NCBI GenBank assembly: GCA_021826765.1
Contig: JAKAYK010000001.1
Location: forward strand, 1 to 47,167
Length of the DNA: 47,167 nt
Source of the DNA: Thermoplasmata archaeon
GTDB lineage: Archaea; Thermoplasmatota; Thermoplasmata; Thermoplasmatales; Thermoplasmataceae
Direction of reading: 5' to 3'
The position numbers and the translations under genes were made by a program. Shown here piece after piece: positions 16,635 to 27,159 of this stretch; position 1 is the first letter of the stretch; each line of letters starts with the position of its first letter. Below the pieces are notes generated by a model. The model ran no database searches. It had not been told where the DNA came from and saw only the letters and a program-made list of their open reading frames with translations.

Positions 16635-18308
16635 TTATTCACCTCCACTTATTTCTGCTTTTCTGTAAACCTCTTCAAAGACATTGCTTGGTTCCACCTG
16701 CGGGGCCTTTGCAGTAGATATCATCAGGTTTGCAAGGAAGAAGAGCTGCCCAATTCCTATAATGACACCCCCAAGAATAGCCACATCCTGATAGACCATA
16801 TATCTGGCAAAATATCCTGAGACAAATCTTGGCATGCCCATGAATCCTCCAACAACCCATCCCATTGACATTATCATTGATCCTACAGATGTAAATGCGA
16901 AATGCCATCCTGCCAGCCTCCTGCTGTAAATCCTCCCTCCTGTAAGTGAGGGCCATATCATGTAGATGGCTGCAAATGCGATACCCACAGTAATCCCCAT
17001 GAATACAAAATGGAAATGTCCTGTAACCCAGTAAGTCCCGTGTGTCTGTTCATTGAAGGGGAGAATTGCTGTTAGTACACCGGTGATGCCTCCAAACACA
17101 AAGTCCATTATGCCGTTTATCACGAAGAGCATTGGTATCGTAAGCCTGATTTTCTCCGAAGTCCATAGGGTTCCTATATAATTAAAAACAGTGATTGCAG
17201 AAGGTATAACCACTAAGAATGAAGCTGTTGAGAAGAACAGGCCCCATTCAATCCCAAGACCAGATTCCATTAGGTGGTGGCCCCAGACGAGCTCAGAGAG
17301 TGGAAGGAGAAGCCCAAGTGCTATAACGCCTGAAGAGTAACTGTAAACCTTATTTCCTGTGAATTTTGGAATTATCTCATATATGAGCCCAAACTGAGGA
17401 AGGATGGCGATGTATACAATAGGGTGGCCCCAGACCCAGAAAAGTTCTGTGAAATATAGTGGCGAAGAGCTTGAACCTGTAAAGAATACCGGATTGAAGA
17501 AATCATAGAACAGCATGACCATTGCTGTCATGAGAAATGGTGCTGAAGCAAGAAACATGATCAGGGTGAAAAGAACGGACCATACGAAAAGCGGCATCTT
17601 GGACAGAGGCATACTATCACTTCTCTCGTAGATTATATTTCTGACAATTACGATTGCTGCAATGGTGACTCCGATCATAATGAACTCAAGCCCTATAACT
17701 GCGAGCCAGTTCATTGCGCCAGCCCCGTATGGATTTAGCTGTAGTGCCAGTGGCGGATAATAATACCATCTGGTTGAAGTTCTAGAGAAGAGTATGAAAA
17801 GCCCACCCATCAACCATATCCAGTATCCCCATGATGATGCGTTTCCGTACCTGTCTGATTTCATATTTATGAACTTCGGTATAAGATAATAAGCCAGACC
17901 CAGGGCACTTCCAATAGCCCACATATAGATCATGAGAATTGCATGTTCTGTGGTCAGTATATCATAAATGACTTCTCTGTGTGCAAATAAGGTTGGTTGT
18001 GGTTCCACAAGGCTCACCCTCATTATAACACCAAAAGTTCCTGCAATGAAGAAGAAAATAAGGCTGGTGATAAGATAACGAATGCCAATGCTCTTGCTGT
18101 CATTCATTATGAAGGAATGAGGAGAAATGGCGCCTCCACCTTTTTTCTTTTCCCTGAGGTAAGATGAATAATCGTAATAATTCTCGTTTAATGCTGCTAC
18201 ATCAACCTCTGTCTTTACCGAGAGATATTTGTAATACATCAGGAAGAGAAATATGAAGAAGAATGAAAGTACAAGGGAGCTTTCAACGAGCAAGGTTGTA
18301 GCTGACAT
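16635..18308 (-). CDS. coxA: Heme-copper terminal oxidase subunit I (B-family-like)
   Basis: All six His ligands: TEH, WGHPIVY, WGHH, GHFH; also W--YPPL and GMPR. Confidence 0.95.
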   Translation of the reverse strand: MSATTLLVESSLVLSFFFIFLFLMYYKYLSVKTEVDVAALNENYYDYSSYLREKKKGGGAISPHSFIMNDSKSIGIRYLITSLIFFFIAGTFGVIMRVSLVEPQPTLFAHREVIYDILTTEHAILMIYMWAIGSALGLAYYLIPKFINMKSDRYGNASSWGYWIWLMGGLFILFSRTSTRWYYYPPLALQLNPYGAGAMNWLAVIGLEFIMIGVTIAAIVIVRNIIYERSDSMPLSKMPLFVWSVLFTLIMFLASAPFLMTAMVMLFYDFFNPVFFTGSSSSPLYFTELFWVWGHPIVYIAILPQFGLIYEIIPKFTGNKVYSYSSGVIALGLLLPLSELVWGHHLMESGLGIEWGLFFSTASFLVVIPSAITVFNYIGTLWTSEKIRLTIPMLFVINGIMDFVFGGITGVLTAILPFNEQTHGTYWVTGHFHFVFMGITVGIAFAAIYMIWPSLTGGRIYSRRLAGWHFAFTSVGSMIMSMGWVVGGFMGMPRFVSGYFARYMVYQDVAILGGVIIGIGQLFFLANLMISTAKAPQVEPSNVFEEVYRKAEISGGE

Positions 18309-18802
18309 CAGGCGACCACCGTCACATAGCCTCTCATAAGATAATGCTCATATCCACAATATTCTACGCATTCCAGAACGAATGTTCCTGTTTTAACAGG
18401 AGTGAATGTAATAGTGTTATTCTGGCCTGGAACTGCATAAACCTGTATTCCAAACTGAGGAATGTACAGATCGTGAATTACTGCATTTGATTGTGAACCA
18501 GCTGTGGAAGTAATTATAAACGTATAGGTATGGTTTACAGTTATATTGAGATTGTCCACGCTTGTCTGTTTGCCTGATGCGTTATAATATGTAAATGACC
18601 AGGCCCACTGGTAACCATCCACTATAATGGGTGTGCTGTTTTTTGGTATTTGATTTGAACCAGACATTTTGGTTGCTATGCTAAAATCGCTCTGGGAAGT
18701 TATATAGAAATTAAGACCTGCCGCAAAGGCTAAGACAACCATAAAGCCCACGATCCACAATGCTTCCGCTTTCAACTTATTGTTGTGATTTTTCTCGCTC
18801 AT
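18308..18802 (-). CDS. coxB: Heme-copper oxidase subunit II with CuA site
   Basis: One TM helix, GYQWAW, VIHD and CuA motif CVEYCGYEHYLM. Confidence 0.93.
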   Translation of the reverse strand: MSEKNHNNKLKAEALWIVGFMVVLAFAAGLNFYITSQSDFSIATKMSGSNQIPKNSTPIIVDGYQWAWSFTYYNASGKQTSVDNLNITVNHTYTFIITSTAGSQSNAVIHDLYIPQFGIQVYAVPGQNNTITFTPVKTGTFVLECVEYCGYEHYLMRGYVTVVA

Positions 18803-19047
18803 CTGAAATCATCTCCTGAGTAGTTCCTTACACCTTTCTTATAAACCGGGTAATATAACAATAAAAGCGTAAACAACCCTGACGCAAGTGCAGCTGCAAG
18901 TATTGGGGATTCATAGATAGCGTCCGTCTGACCTATAGAAGATGCATAGAAATTTGTAAGTGCAATCCTGAAAATGAACTCACTTATGATTCCTGCTATT
19001 ACGGAAATTATCAGAAAGATAGACACTATCTTCGTATTAGCATCCAT
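18799..19047 (-). CDS. Small 2-TM protein, probable oxidase accessory subunit
   Basis: 82 aa, first gene of the oxidase operon, ATGA overlap with subunit II. Confidence 0.7.
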   Translation of the reverse strand: MDANTKIVSIFLIISVIAGIISEFIFRIALTNFYASSIGQTDAIYESPILAAALASGLFTLLLLYYPVYKKGVRNYSGDDFR

Positions 19048-19152
19048 GGCTCCATATGATTATATTTTATTAATAGTTTATCGAAAGGTGCTTATGACAC
19101 AATGAAAAATCGAATGCTTATTTTTTAAAAAATATTTGTTATTATTTAAATA

Positions 19153-19605
19153 TTATATCTTTTCAACTATATTTATGTTTAATAGAGATTCGAATTTTCG
19201 GGCTGTTTTGATGTCGGGCTTGATACTGCCTCTTTCAATAGCAGCAATAAGCGTTCGCTTCTCCTTCATCCTGTCTGCCATCTCTTCCTGGGATATTCCA
19301 ATCTTAGTTCTTGCTGATTTAATGAGTTCATTGAAATCCGGAACAATCTCAAGGTTTTCAATATCGGAATCCTTTTTTTTATGGAAATTTCTTGAATGAT
19401 TTCCCCCGGTAACTTTTGGCACAGCCCTGGCCTGTGGTATGAACACTGGAGTTGCCGATTTCTGTGGTGGAGAAACATTCTGAACTCTCATGTTTTCAAG
19501 AGGAATGCCAAATTTTTCGCATTTCTGGCATACAGACATTATGGCGCTGTCAATCTTCACTTTTTTCAGTCTCTCGCTTTTTTGCCCACACAGTTCGCAT
19601 TCCAT
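19153..19605 (-). CDS. mbf1: Archaeal multiprotein bridging factor aMBF1
   Basis: N-terminal Zn ribbon CELCG...CQKC and C-terminal Cro-type HTH (AR--GISQEEMA...IERG--KP). Confidence 0.93.
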   Translation of the reverse strand: MECELCGQKSERLKKVKIDSAIMSVCQKCEKFGIPLENMRVQNVSPPQKSATPVFIPQARAVPKVTGGNHSRNFHKKKDSDIENLEIVPDFNELIKSARTKIGISQEEMADRMKEKRTLIAAIERGSIKPDIKTARKFESLLNINIVEKI

Positions 19606-19650
19606 TTATACCATCCTCAGATCGCAATATTGGTTAATTAGTATTTGTGT

Positions 19651-20265
19651 TCAGAAGAAACCCCTGTCAAGTACTATCAATAACAGAATGGCGAAAACGA
19701 ACATTAACAGGTAAATGGTAGTATCCCACTTGAAAACCTTGTAACCATCCAGAGGAGGAATTGGAAGAAGGTTGAAGAAAGCAAGAGCAATATTCACTGA
19801 ACCCGCAATTGTAAGAACGAGCCCCGGCGTTCCTCCAACAAACATGCTTATTGAGAAAAATATCAGTCCTAAAACAGTATTGGTGATTGGCCCTGCTGCG
19901 GATATTTTGCCATAGAGTTCCGGGCTTGTTACGTTATACACTTCGGTTGCCCCTGGAGCTGCAAATATGAAACCAAAGAATGAGGTCACAAGTGCAAATA
20001 ACACGCCAAAGGGCCACATCCTGAATCTGGCATGAAATCCATATCTTATGGCCATCTGCCTGTGTGCCAGTTCATGAAGTGCGAATGCGCTGACTCCTGA
20101 AAGCATTCCTGCTGGAAGATAGAACAGAAGGAATTTCGGGCCATACAATTGATTTGTATACGCAGAAAGTGCAATAGAAAATGCCAATCCTATGATCAGG
20201 CTTGCGATTGTGAAATCTTCCAGTTCGCTTGAATTTCTGGTCTTTCCAAAGTTTAATATCTCCAT
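19651..20265 (-). CDS. Site-2 protease family (M50) membrane metalloprotease
   Basis: HELAH, AAGP--N and FNLLPIPPLDG motifs. Confidence 0.92.
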   Translation of the reverse strand: MEILNFGKTRNSSELEDFTIASLIIGLAFSIALSAYTNQLYGPKFLLFYLPAGMLSGVSAFALHELAHRQMAIRYGFHARFRMWPFGVLFALVTSFFGFIFAAPGATEVYNVTSPELYGKISAAGPITNTVLGLIFFSISMFVGGTPGLVLTIAGSVNIALAFFNLLPIPPLDGYKVFKWDTTIYLLMFVFAILLLIVLDRGFF

Positions 20266-23200
20266 CCTGGCCCCCTGTTAACCTGCTTTATTTCCCTTGC
20301 CTTGGCATAAACCCTGTATGCCTTTCCTATGCCTATATCAAACGTTATACTATAAATCATTGGGTTTTCCGGCAGGTTTTCCATTATGCATCTGTTTGCT
20401 AAATCCAGAATTTCCTTTGTATCAACCGTCAACCGATCTTTCTGTTGCTTTGACAGATCCCTGATATAGTAGTACAGGGCAACAGACAGCCTTACATCCT
20501 TGAAATTGGATGCAAAGAAGAGATGGAACATGTCAATTTCCTCTATCCTGCTTATTCCCAATTTCCTATTGATTATCTTAAGCAGTTCATAGGATACTCT
20601 TTCAAGATACTCAATCGGATAAAGATGTGTGTCTGGCGGGGTTGCCAGAAATTCCATTATGTCATCCACCATGATTGGATCTGTTTTTGTGGTGCTGATG
20701 ATCTCTCCCTTATCCATTCTTCTTCCAAGGTTGTAACTTCTCTTCAGAACCATTCCAGCATAAGTTATGATTTTGTCCAGATACATGCTCTTTTTAAGAA
20801 GTGAAGTGAGTTTTTCATATTCATCTCCTTTGATGAGAGACCCCTGAAGCTTTGCCAGCAGGTTTTCAGCATGATTGAAATACCCTCTTTCAATCATAGA
20901 ATATACAATTATTCCTGCAGAAACATTGTCTAAAAGGTTTGGATGATCCTGATAGTGTTTCAGTATGATGTCATACATTCTTGATTTCTCAAGTTCAATG
21001 CATGCTTCATGAAACACTTTTCTCTTGTCCTTTAACGCTTTTCTTGAATTGAAGAATTTAGTCAGATATTCATTTAGTTCTTCAATTTTCCCCATATCTG
21101 GAAGAATCCTGATCATCAGTGATATGACTTCAGGGCTGTCCCTTGTTTCTTTGGAAATTTTCCTCAATAGTTGAATTGCGGCATCTGCCCTCCTGTCCCC
21201 GAAAAGTTTTTCAACAATGGAAATGCCCGGATTCTGTACTGGCTGAACCATGATTTTTTCGATTGCATTTTCCCTGAGTATTTTGTTTGACCAGTACCTG
21301 TCAACTACAATAGTGAGTGCATCCCTGTCTTCTTCGTTCTTCAGGTTCAGCTTCTTCATTATTTTTGAGATTTCCTGCACATTCTCTGTTGCTGCATAAA
21401 GATTGATCATGTACGGTGTTTTGTTTGGCAATTTCCCTATAAGTTCCAGAGCGGCATCAAACTTTGAATCCCCAATGAGCGCCTCTATCAAACCGGGTAT
21501 GTCTTCACGTTTCTTTCCCTGTCCTGCAGCCTTTTCATAATAGTAAATCGCAGAGGAAAAATCTCTTTTCGACAGGTAAAAATCACCAAATATGAGGGAT
21601 GTGCCCATATCTATATTCTTACCCTCAGCATTCTTGATCAGAATTTCCATTTCAGGCATCCTGTTCCCCTGTTTCAGGTCCATTGCATAATTCATGATGT
21701 CCTGAGCTTTCGCCACCTCATTTGAGATTATTTTCTGGTCTATTCCTATAGCGCCTTCAATATCGTTGTCTCTGATCTTTATTTCTCTCATTAGCCTTAA
21801 GGCAAAGATATTGTCAACTCCAGAGTATTCTAAAAGATCCAATAAGTTGGCAGTAACATCCAAGTCACTGTTGGAAATGAATGTGCTTTCGACCGGTGTG
21901 AAATCAAAATCTTCAAGGCCCCTGAGCTTGGATATTTCTTCAATTATCCTGAGAGCTTGCTGTGCATTTGTATTGTGGTTTATCTGCAGATATGCTTCAA
22001 GAAATGGCGTGGCCCTGATTTTTTCCATGGCCTTTTCAATGCTGTACCTTGAATTTGTAATATGTCCCAAATGCTTTTCATAAAGAGATCTGTAATACAG
22101 CAGATACGGATCTGCTTCTGAATCCATCACTGATAACATCTTCCCGGCAGCCGTAAATTCTCCAGAACTGATTTTTGCCTTGGTGACAGGGAAATTGAAC
22201 TGCTTCCAGTCTTTCTCTGGATTATTTTTTCCAATCTCCATTCGTATTTCATTGATGGTTGGACTCATCTCTATACTTGTGATCTGTTCCAACTCCTCCT
22301 TTTTAGCAAAAAGGTACATAATTGTTCGTCCGTTCTGGTCGTTCATATTCTCCTTTACAAATCTGACATCAGGCGCAGTAAGTGTATCAGTGTAAAGAAT
22401 ATCTCTTAAAACACTCATAAATTGACCTGTATTTTTCTTTTCAGAATACTTCTGCAACTGGGAAAATGATGTGTCATCCCTTGTTGTTTCAAGAATTGCT
22501 ATGGCAATTTCAGAATCCAGGTTTTCCGATGGAATCCTGTTGAGTATCTGGCCAGCCTTCTCGTACACCTTCATTCTAAGCATAGATTCCAGAACTTTTT
22601 TCAGAGTCTCTGGTTCATTGCCAAACATTTCCTCCCCGGATGATTCATACAGCATGGCAATCTTCTGAAACATTCCCTTTCTGTGGAGCTCAGCAATATA
22701 TGTGCTTATGAACTGGATATCATGTGGGTTTTCCACAAGATATCTTTCGGATTTCTCCACGAAAGAATCTATATTCCCTTTCCCTTTTTCTATAAGGGAT
22801 GAGAGTTTAAGCATCTCCGAGTCGGACATTGCGCTTCCCTGAAGTTCATGCATAAGTTTTTCTGCCTCATCAGTCCTTTTTGCTTTTACGAGAAATTTTA
22901 CAGCCCATACTGTAAGATCCTGATGCCTTTCAATTAACTGCCTGTTGTTGTCGATTACAGATATTGCTGCAGCATAATTGTTCACTTTCTCTGCAGACCT
23001 GAAGAACATTCCCATGCTCTCTGCACTCTTCTCCAATATTGAATGCCTGTCGAGAAAAAGATCTATAACCTCCTCATCTCTTCCAAGCTCGAACAGTAGC
23101 TTGATCTTCAATTCAAGGCATACCTCGTGTCCTGGTCTTTCATTGAGAGCCTCATTAGCAAGGTTCAGGGATTCATCATAAATGCCAACTTTTTCAAACA

Positions 23201-23915
23201 GAAGGGCCAGCCTGACTCTGTCCTCCAGATCTTCAATCCGGTTCAATTCCATTGCTTTAAGGTGGCTCTTCAGAGAAGGAATATCATTGTTATCTCCAAG
23301 AGCCTCAAGATAAGCAATCTTGTATTCAAGGCTGTTATCAACAGCGGAAATAGCTCTGAGGAATTCCATGGTCTCCTTGGTTGCATTTTTCCTTTTCAGG
23401 TTTTCAATTATTATGTCAGTAATAAGTTTGGAAGCATTTTCCGAATATTTCAGATATGCAGTCTCATTATATATTCCATTCATGGAGAGAAACATAACGA
23501 TAAAGTCCCATTGGGATGTAATTTTTCCCATTTCCATGACGTTTTCCACTACCTGTGGTATGTTCGCTATTATGGACTTGCCTTTTAGGAATGCCATTAT
23601 TTCAGCAGAATCTCCCCCCATAACCAGTGACTTTGTATAAAATATCTGGAAAGTTCGGTTCTCCATATCCACTCTGTAAAAATTCCGAATTGCTGATGAA
23701 TCATGAATGTCTTGTTTTTCCCAAATATCCCTGACCACAACCTCAAGCTGTGAGGAGAGATTCTTATCCGCAGTGAAAGATTCAGGAAGACGCTCCAGAG
23801 AAGAAATTATCTCTTCTGTTATCTTCCTGCGGGTCTCCTTTGAACGCGAGGAAAGATATCGGTCTATGTTGTGCTTCAGAATACTGTAAATGTTCTCTTC
23901 GCCTGGGAGAGCCAT
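20253..23915 (-). CDS. Large TPR/alpha-solenoid protein of unknown function
   Basis: 1220 aa with all-helical periodicity and TPR-like units (LALLFEKVGIYDESL; GDFYLSKRDFSSAIYYYEKA). Confidence 0.75.
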   Translation of the reverse strand: MALPGEENIYSILKHNIDRYLSSRSKETRRKITEEIISSLERLPESFTADKNLSSQLEVVVRDIWEKQDIHDSSAIRNFYRVDMENRTFQIFYTKSLVMGGDSAEIMAFLKGKSIIANIPQVVENVMEMGKITSQWDFIVMFLSMNGIYNETAYLKYSENASKLITDIIIENLKRKNATKETMEFLRAISAVDNSLEYKIAYLEALGDNNDIPSLKSHLKAMELNRIEDLEDRVRLALLFEKVGIYDESLNLANEALNERPGHEVCLELKIKLLFELGRDEEVIDLFLDRHSILEKSAESMGMFFRSAEKVNNYAAAISVIDNNRQLIERHQDLTVWAVKFLVKAKRTDEAEKLMHELQGSAMSDSEMLKLSSLIEKGKGNIDSFVEKSERYLVENPHDIQFISTYIAELHRKGMFQKIAMLYESSGEEMFGNEPETLKKVLESMLRMKVYEKAGQILNRIPSENLDSEIAIAILETTRDDTSFSQLQKYSEKKNTGQFMSVLRDILYTDTLTAPDVRFVKENMNDQNGRTIMYLFAKKEELEQITSIEMSPTINEIRMEIGKNNPEKDWKQFNFPVTKAKISSGEFTAAGKMLSVMDSEADPYLLYYRSLYEKHLGHITNSRYSIEKAMEKIRATPFLEAYLQINHNTNAQQALRIIEEISKLRGLEDFDFTPVESTFISNSDLDVTANLLDLLEYSGVDNIFALRLMREIKIRDNDIEGAIGIDQKIISNEVAKAQDIMNYAMDLKQGNRMPEMEILIKNAEGKNIDMGTSLIFGDFYLSKRDFSSAIYYYEKAAGQGKKREDIPGLIEALIGDSKFDAALELIGKLPNKTPYMINLYAATENVQEISKIMKKLNLKNEEDRDALTIVVDRYWSNKILRENAIEKIMVQPVQNPGISIVEKLFGDRRADAAIQLLRKISKETRDSPEVISLMIRILPDMGKIEELNEYLTKFFNSRKALKDKRKVFHEACIELEKSRMYDIILKHYQDHPNLLDNVSAGIIVYSMIERGYFNHAENLLAKLQGSLIKGDEYEKLTSLLKKSMYLDKIITYAGMVLKRSYNLGRRMDKGEIISTTKTDPIMVDDIMEFLATPPDTHLYPIEYLERVSYELLKIINRKLGISRIEEIDMFHLFFASNFKDVRLSVALYYYIRDLSKQQKDRLTVDTKEILDLANRCIMENLPENPMIYSITFDIGIGKAYRVYAKAREIKQVNRGPGWRY

Positions 23916-24020
23916 GACATAGGATTGCTAATTTGATATATAACTTTAAGACATGTTTTCAGCAGTATTGCCTGATCCCAGATCGAATGCACAGTTATTT
24001 TTTAATGGATCATACCATAC

Positions 24021-24506
24021 ATGATCATGCCTCTGAAAACAGGAAAAAATTGCTATATTTCCCATCTTGCCTCCCTGAGGGGAAATATTGAGCTGGGAGA
24101 TGAATGCTCCATTTTTGATTTTGCAAGCATCAGGACCGAGTCGGAATTGATCAGTATAGATTCATTCAGCAATGTGCAGGACAATGTTTCCATGCATGTG
24201 GATGAACAATATCCCATAAAAATTGGAAAATATGTGTCCATAGGACATAATGCAGTGGTTCACGGTGCAACAATCGAAGATGATTGTATAATTGGAATGG
24301 GGGCCATTGTGATGAATGGGGCCAGGATATGCTCAGGAAGCGTTGTTGCTGCTGGAGCAGTTGTTCTACAGAATAGTGTTATCCCTGAAGGGAGCCTTGT
24401 TCTGGGAGTCCCCGGCAAGATAGGAAAAAATAGTCCAGAATTCCGTGCCATGGCTCACTTAAATGCGCTTGAATATCTGAAACTTAAAGAGAGATACATA
24501 CAGTAG
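24021..24506 (+). CDS. Gamma-carbonic-anhydrase family hexapeptide-repeat protein
   Basis: SNVQDN--MH, IGH-AVVHGA, IGMGAIVMNGA, GVPGK. Confidence 0.92.
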   Translation: MIMPLKTGKNCYISHLASLRGNIELGDECSIFDFASIRTESELISIDSFSNVQDNVSMHVDEQYPIKIGKYVSIGHNAVVHGATIEDDCIIGMGAIVMNGARICSGSVVAAGAVVLQNSVIPEGSLVLGVPGKIGKNSPEFRAMAHLNALEYLKLKERYIQ

Positions 24507-24594
24507 AGGAATGCTTCATTCATTCGGAGGCCCACATTTCTAAACTCAATATTAATAAATAAGCTATTCATATGGATCAAAAACGTGATTTCCA

Positions 24595-25032
24595 ATGGCG
24601 AAGATGCATACTAGGAAAAAAGGAAAATCAGGGTCAAGAAACTCATTCTACGGCGAGAAGCACAACTGGATACAGATGAGTCAGAGCGAGGTTGAAGAAG
24701 CAGTGGTTCAGATGAGGAAAGATGGACTTACCGCATCAGTGATAGGTATAAAATTGAGGGACCTCTATGGTGTTCCAAAGCTCAAATATATCAACAAGAA
24801 GAAGATAGGCGACGTACTTTCTGAAAATAACATTGCACCAGAAGTTCCTGAAGATCTCCTTGCACTTATAACGAAATACAAGAGAGTCTCAAAACACATG
24901 AACCTCAACAAAAAGGATATCAGCAATAGTAGGAGAAGAAGCCTTGTAATGGCTAAGATGCTGAGACTTGTAAGGTACTACAAGAGAACGGGACGTCTTG
25001 CAAAAGGCTGGGAACTCAACAAAGTATTGTGA
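24595..25032 (+). CDS. rps15: 30S ribosomal protein uS15 (S15P/S13e)
   Basis: MAKMHTRKKGKSGS, IGIKLRD-YGVP, PEDL, RLVRYYK. Confidence 0.97.
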   Translation: MAKMHTRKKGKSGSRNSFYGEKHNWIQMSQSEVEEAVVQMRKDGLTASVIGIKLRDLYGVPKLKYINKKKIGDVLSENNIAPEVPEDLLALITKYKRVSKHMNLNKKDISNSRRRSLVMAKMLRLVRYYKRTGRLAKGWELNKVL

Positions 25033-26387
25033 GTATACCAATGCTTGACAAAATAATCAATAAAGACTTTATTGCTTCTCTTGACAAAGCAAGAGAATTT
25101 TTTGACAAATTCGATTATTTCAGGATTCTGGCACACTATGATGGAGATGGTACAAGTTCAGCCATTATTCTCACCAATGCGATGCTCAGGGCGGGGAAGA
25201 GATTCCATCTTGGATTTGTAAAGGACTTGTCCAGGGAAGGTATGGTCAAGAGATACGAGGAAGAAAAGAATCTTCCCACTATATTTGTGGACTGTGGATC
25301 AGACCAGGCAAAATATTTTGATTCTGGGGAGAAAAATATACTGGTTCTTGACCATCACCTGTATTCTGACAGCCCAAATGGTGTTCTGAACATAAATGCC
25401 AGAGATTATGGAATAGATGGAACAAGAGAAGCCTGTGGGGCCACAATGGCCTTCATTTTTGCAGTGGCTATGAATTCTGAGAATTCAGATCTTCTTCCAT
25501 TCATGATCACAGGAGCAATGGCAGACAAACAGGACATGGAAGGGTTTAAAGGGGTAAACAGGGGACTCATTGAGGCCTTCGGAAAGAATATTGAAAAAAA
25601 GCATGTCCTCAATCTGCATGGTGAAACACTTATAGATTCAATTGTATATTCCATAGATCCGTTCATAAATGGCTTAACAGGTTCCAGAGAAGGTGTTGAA
25701 GCACTTCTAAATGATCTGAAACTTGATGGGACAAGAAAACCTGAGTCCCTTACGAATGAGGAAAAACTGTTGCTGGGAAAGCACCTTTCATACAGGCTCA
25801 TGATCCAGGGGTGCCAGAGCGAGGCAATGTCCTACCTTGAAAGAGATGAAATGATATTTTCCAACGGATTCACGTCATCGGAACTTTCAGTTATCATAGA
25901 TGCAAATGCTAAAAATGGTGACAATTCCATTCCAGTTGAGTATTTCATTGGCAACACCTCTCTCAAGGAAATAATGATAAAAAACCGGAAAATATACGAA
26001 ACTAAACTAATAGATTATATCACAAGATCATACAAGTCCATGGAAAAAAGCAAAAATATTCAGTTTTTCTATGCGCCAGGCTCTGAGATGGCAGGCGCAA
26101 TTTCTGGCACTTTGATGCTCTACCTTGCAGATCAGACAAAACCAGTCATAGGATTCAATGCCGGAGACAAGATCACACTTGTATCCAGCAGAGGAACAAG
26201 AAAGATGGTTGAGATGGGACTCAATCTATCCCAGGTGATGAAAGAATGTGCAACCAAGGTGGAAGGAAATGGCGGAGGCCATGACATTGCTGCAGGCGGG
26301 AATATCCCCCGAGGAAGGGAGAAGCAGTTTGTTGAGCTTGTGGACGAAATGGTTGGGATTCAGATTAAAAACATCAAAAGACGGTGA
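25029..26387 (+). CDS. DHH/DHHA1 phosphoesterase, RecJ/Cdc45-like
   Basis: HYDGDG, VDCG, LDHH and GGGHDIAAG; conserved archaeal linkage to rps15. Confidence 0.9.
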   Translation: MSIPMLDKIINKDFIASLDKAREFFDKFDYFRILAHYDGDGTSSAIILTNAMLRAGKRFHLGFVKDLSREGMVKRYEEEKNLPTIFVDCGSDQAKYFDSGEKNILVLDHHLYSDSPNGVLNINARDYGIDGTREACGATMAFIFAVAMNSENSDLLPFMITGAMADKQDMEGFKGVNRGLIEAFGKNIEKKHVLNLHGETLIDSIVYSIDPFINGLTGSREGVEALLNDLKLDGTRKPESLTNEEKLLLGKHLSYRLMIQGCQSEAMSYLERDEMIFSNGFTSSELSVIIDANAKNGDNSIPVEYFIGNTSLKEIMIKNRKIYETKLIDYITRSYKSMEKSKNIQFFYAPGSEMAGAISGTLMLYLADQTKPVIGFNAGDKITLVSSRGTRKMVEMGLNLSQVMKECATKVEGNGGGHDIAAGGNIPRGREKQFVELVDEMVGIQIKNIKRR

Positions 26388-26517
26388 CTTCCTCCTCCCC
26401 CAAATAACCAGTAGAACAAAATATATCATGTATGACAATTGTTGGGCATGAAGCTACTTTTGTGAAAGGGCTTCTCGCTCGCATGGTTAAAATACAACGT
26501 TCTATTATTCATATAGA

Positions 26518-27159
26518 ATGGGTAAGCTTGGAATATATACTAAAAACCCAAGGTTTTACTATGGCGTGATCCGCGCACTCAAGGATTTTGGAATTAATTT
26601 TATATCGATAGAAAACATTTTCGAGGATTTGAAAAATGTTGATGTTGTGTTAAGTTCAACTGGTGATAGCAGAATATCTGAGAAACAGATTTTCCAGGAA
26701 GATCCAGTTCGGGCTGTTCGCAGAAGTTTTTCATTCTTCATGGGCAGGGATAAATTTCACACCATATATATAGGAATAGACCCTGGGCCTAAACCGGGAA
26801 TTGCAGTCACTTCAAATAACGTTGTACTTGAAGCCTTTGAACTCTTTGATGTGGGACAAATAAGAAACACTGTCGAAAGATTAATTGGAGACTATGAGGC
26901 AGAATACTGTTCCATCAGGGTAGGGAATGGAGATAAACCTAACAGGCAGTTTATATTGAGGCAGATTTTACCACTTGGCTTGAATGTTGAGATAGTCAAT
27001 GAAACCGGTACAAGTTTTCCCCATAAAACGCATGACAATGCCCTTTCAGCTGCAAGAATAGCAAATATAGAGATATTCCTAAAAAATGGCCCTTCCATGA
27101 CTGTAAAGAAAAGAAGAGAACTCATAGAAGAGGAGTTCCGTACATTAAATAATATCTGA
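26518..27159 (+). CDS. RNase H-fold (YqgF/RuvX-like) predicted nuclease with extra N-terminal domain
   Basis: IGIDPG--PGIAV, IRVGNG, IVNETGTS and D--SAARIA match the YqgF-type motif arrangement. Confidence 0.7.
   Translation: MGKLGIYTKNPRFYYGVIRALKDFGINFISIENIFEDLKNVDVVLSSTGDSRISEKQIFQEDPVRAVRRSFSFFMGRDKFHTIYIGIDPGPKPGIAVTSNNVVLEAFELFDVGQIRNTVERLIGDYEAEYCSIRVGNGDKPNRQFILRQILPLGLNVEIVNETGTSFPHKTHDNALSAARIANIEIFLKNGPSMTVKKRRELIEEEFRTLNNI

Noticed and set aside
26388-26517. Expected pcc1/rps3Ae genes or a small RNA after rps15-DHH
   Set aside because: No convincing ORF or RNA motif in the 130-bp spacer.
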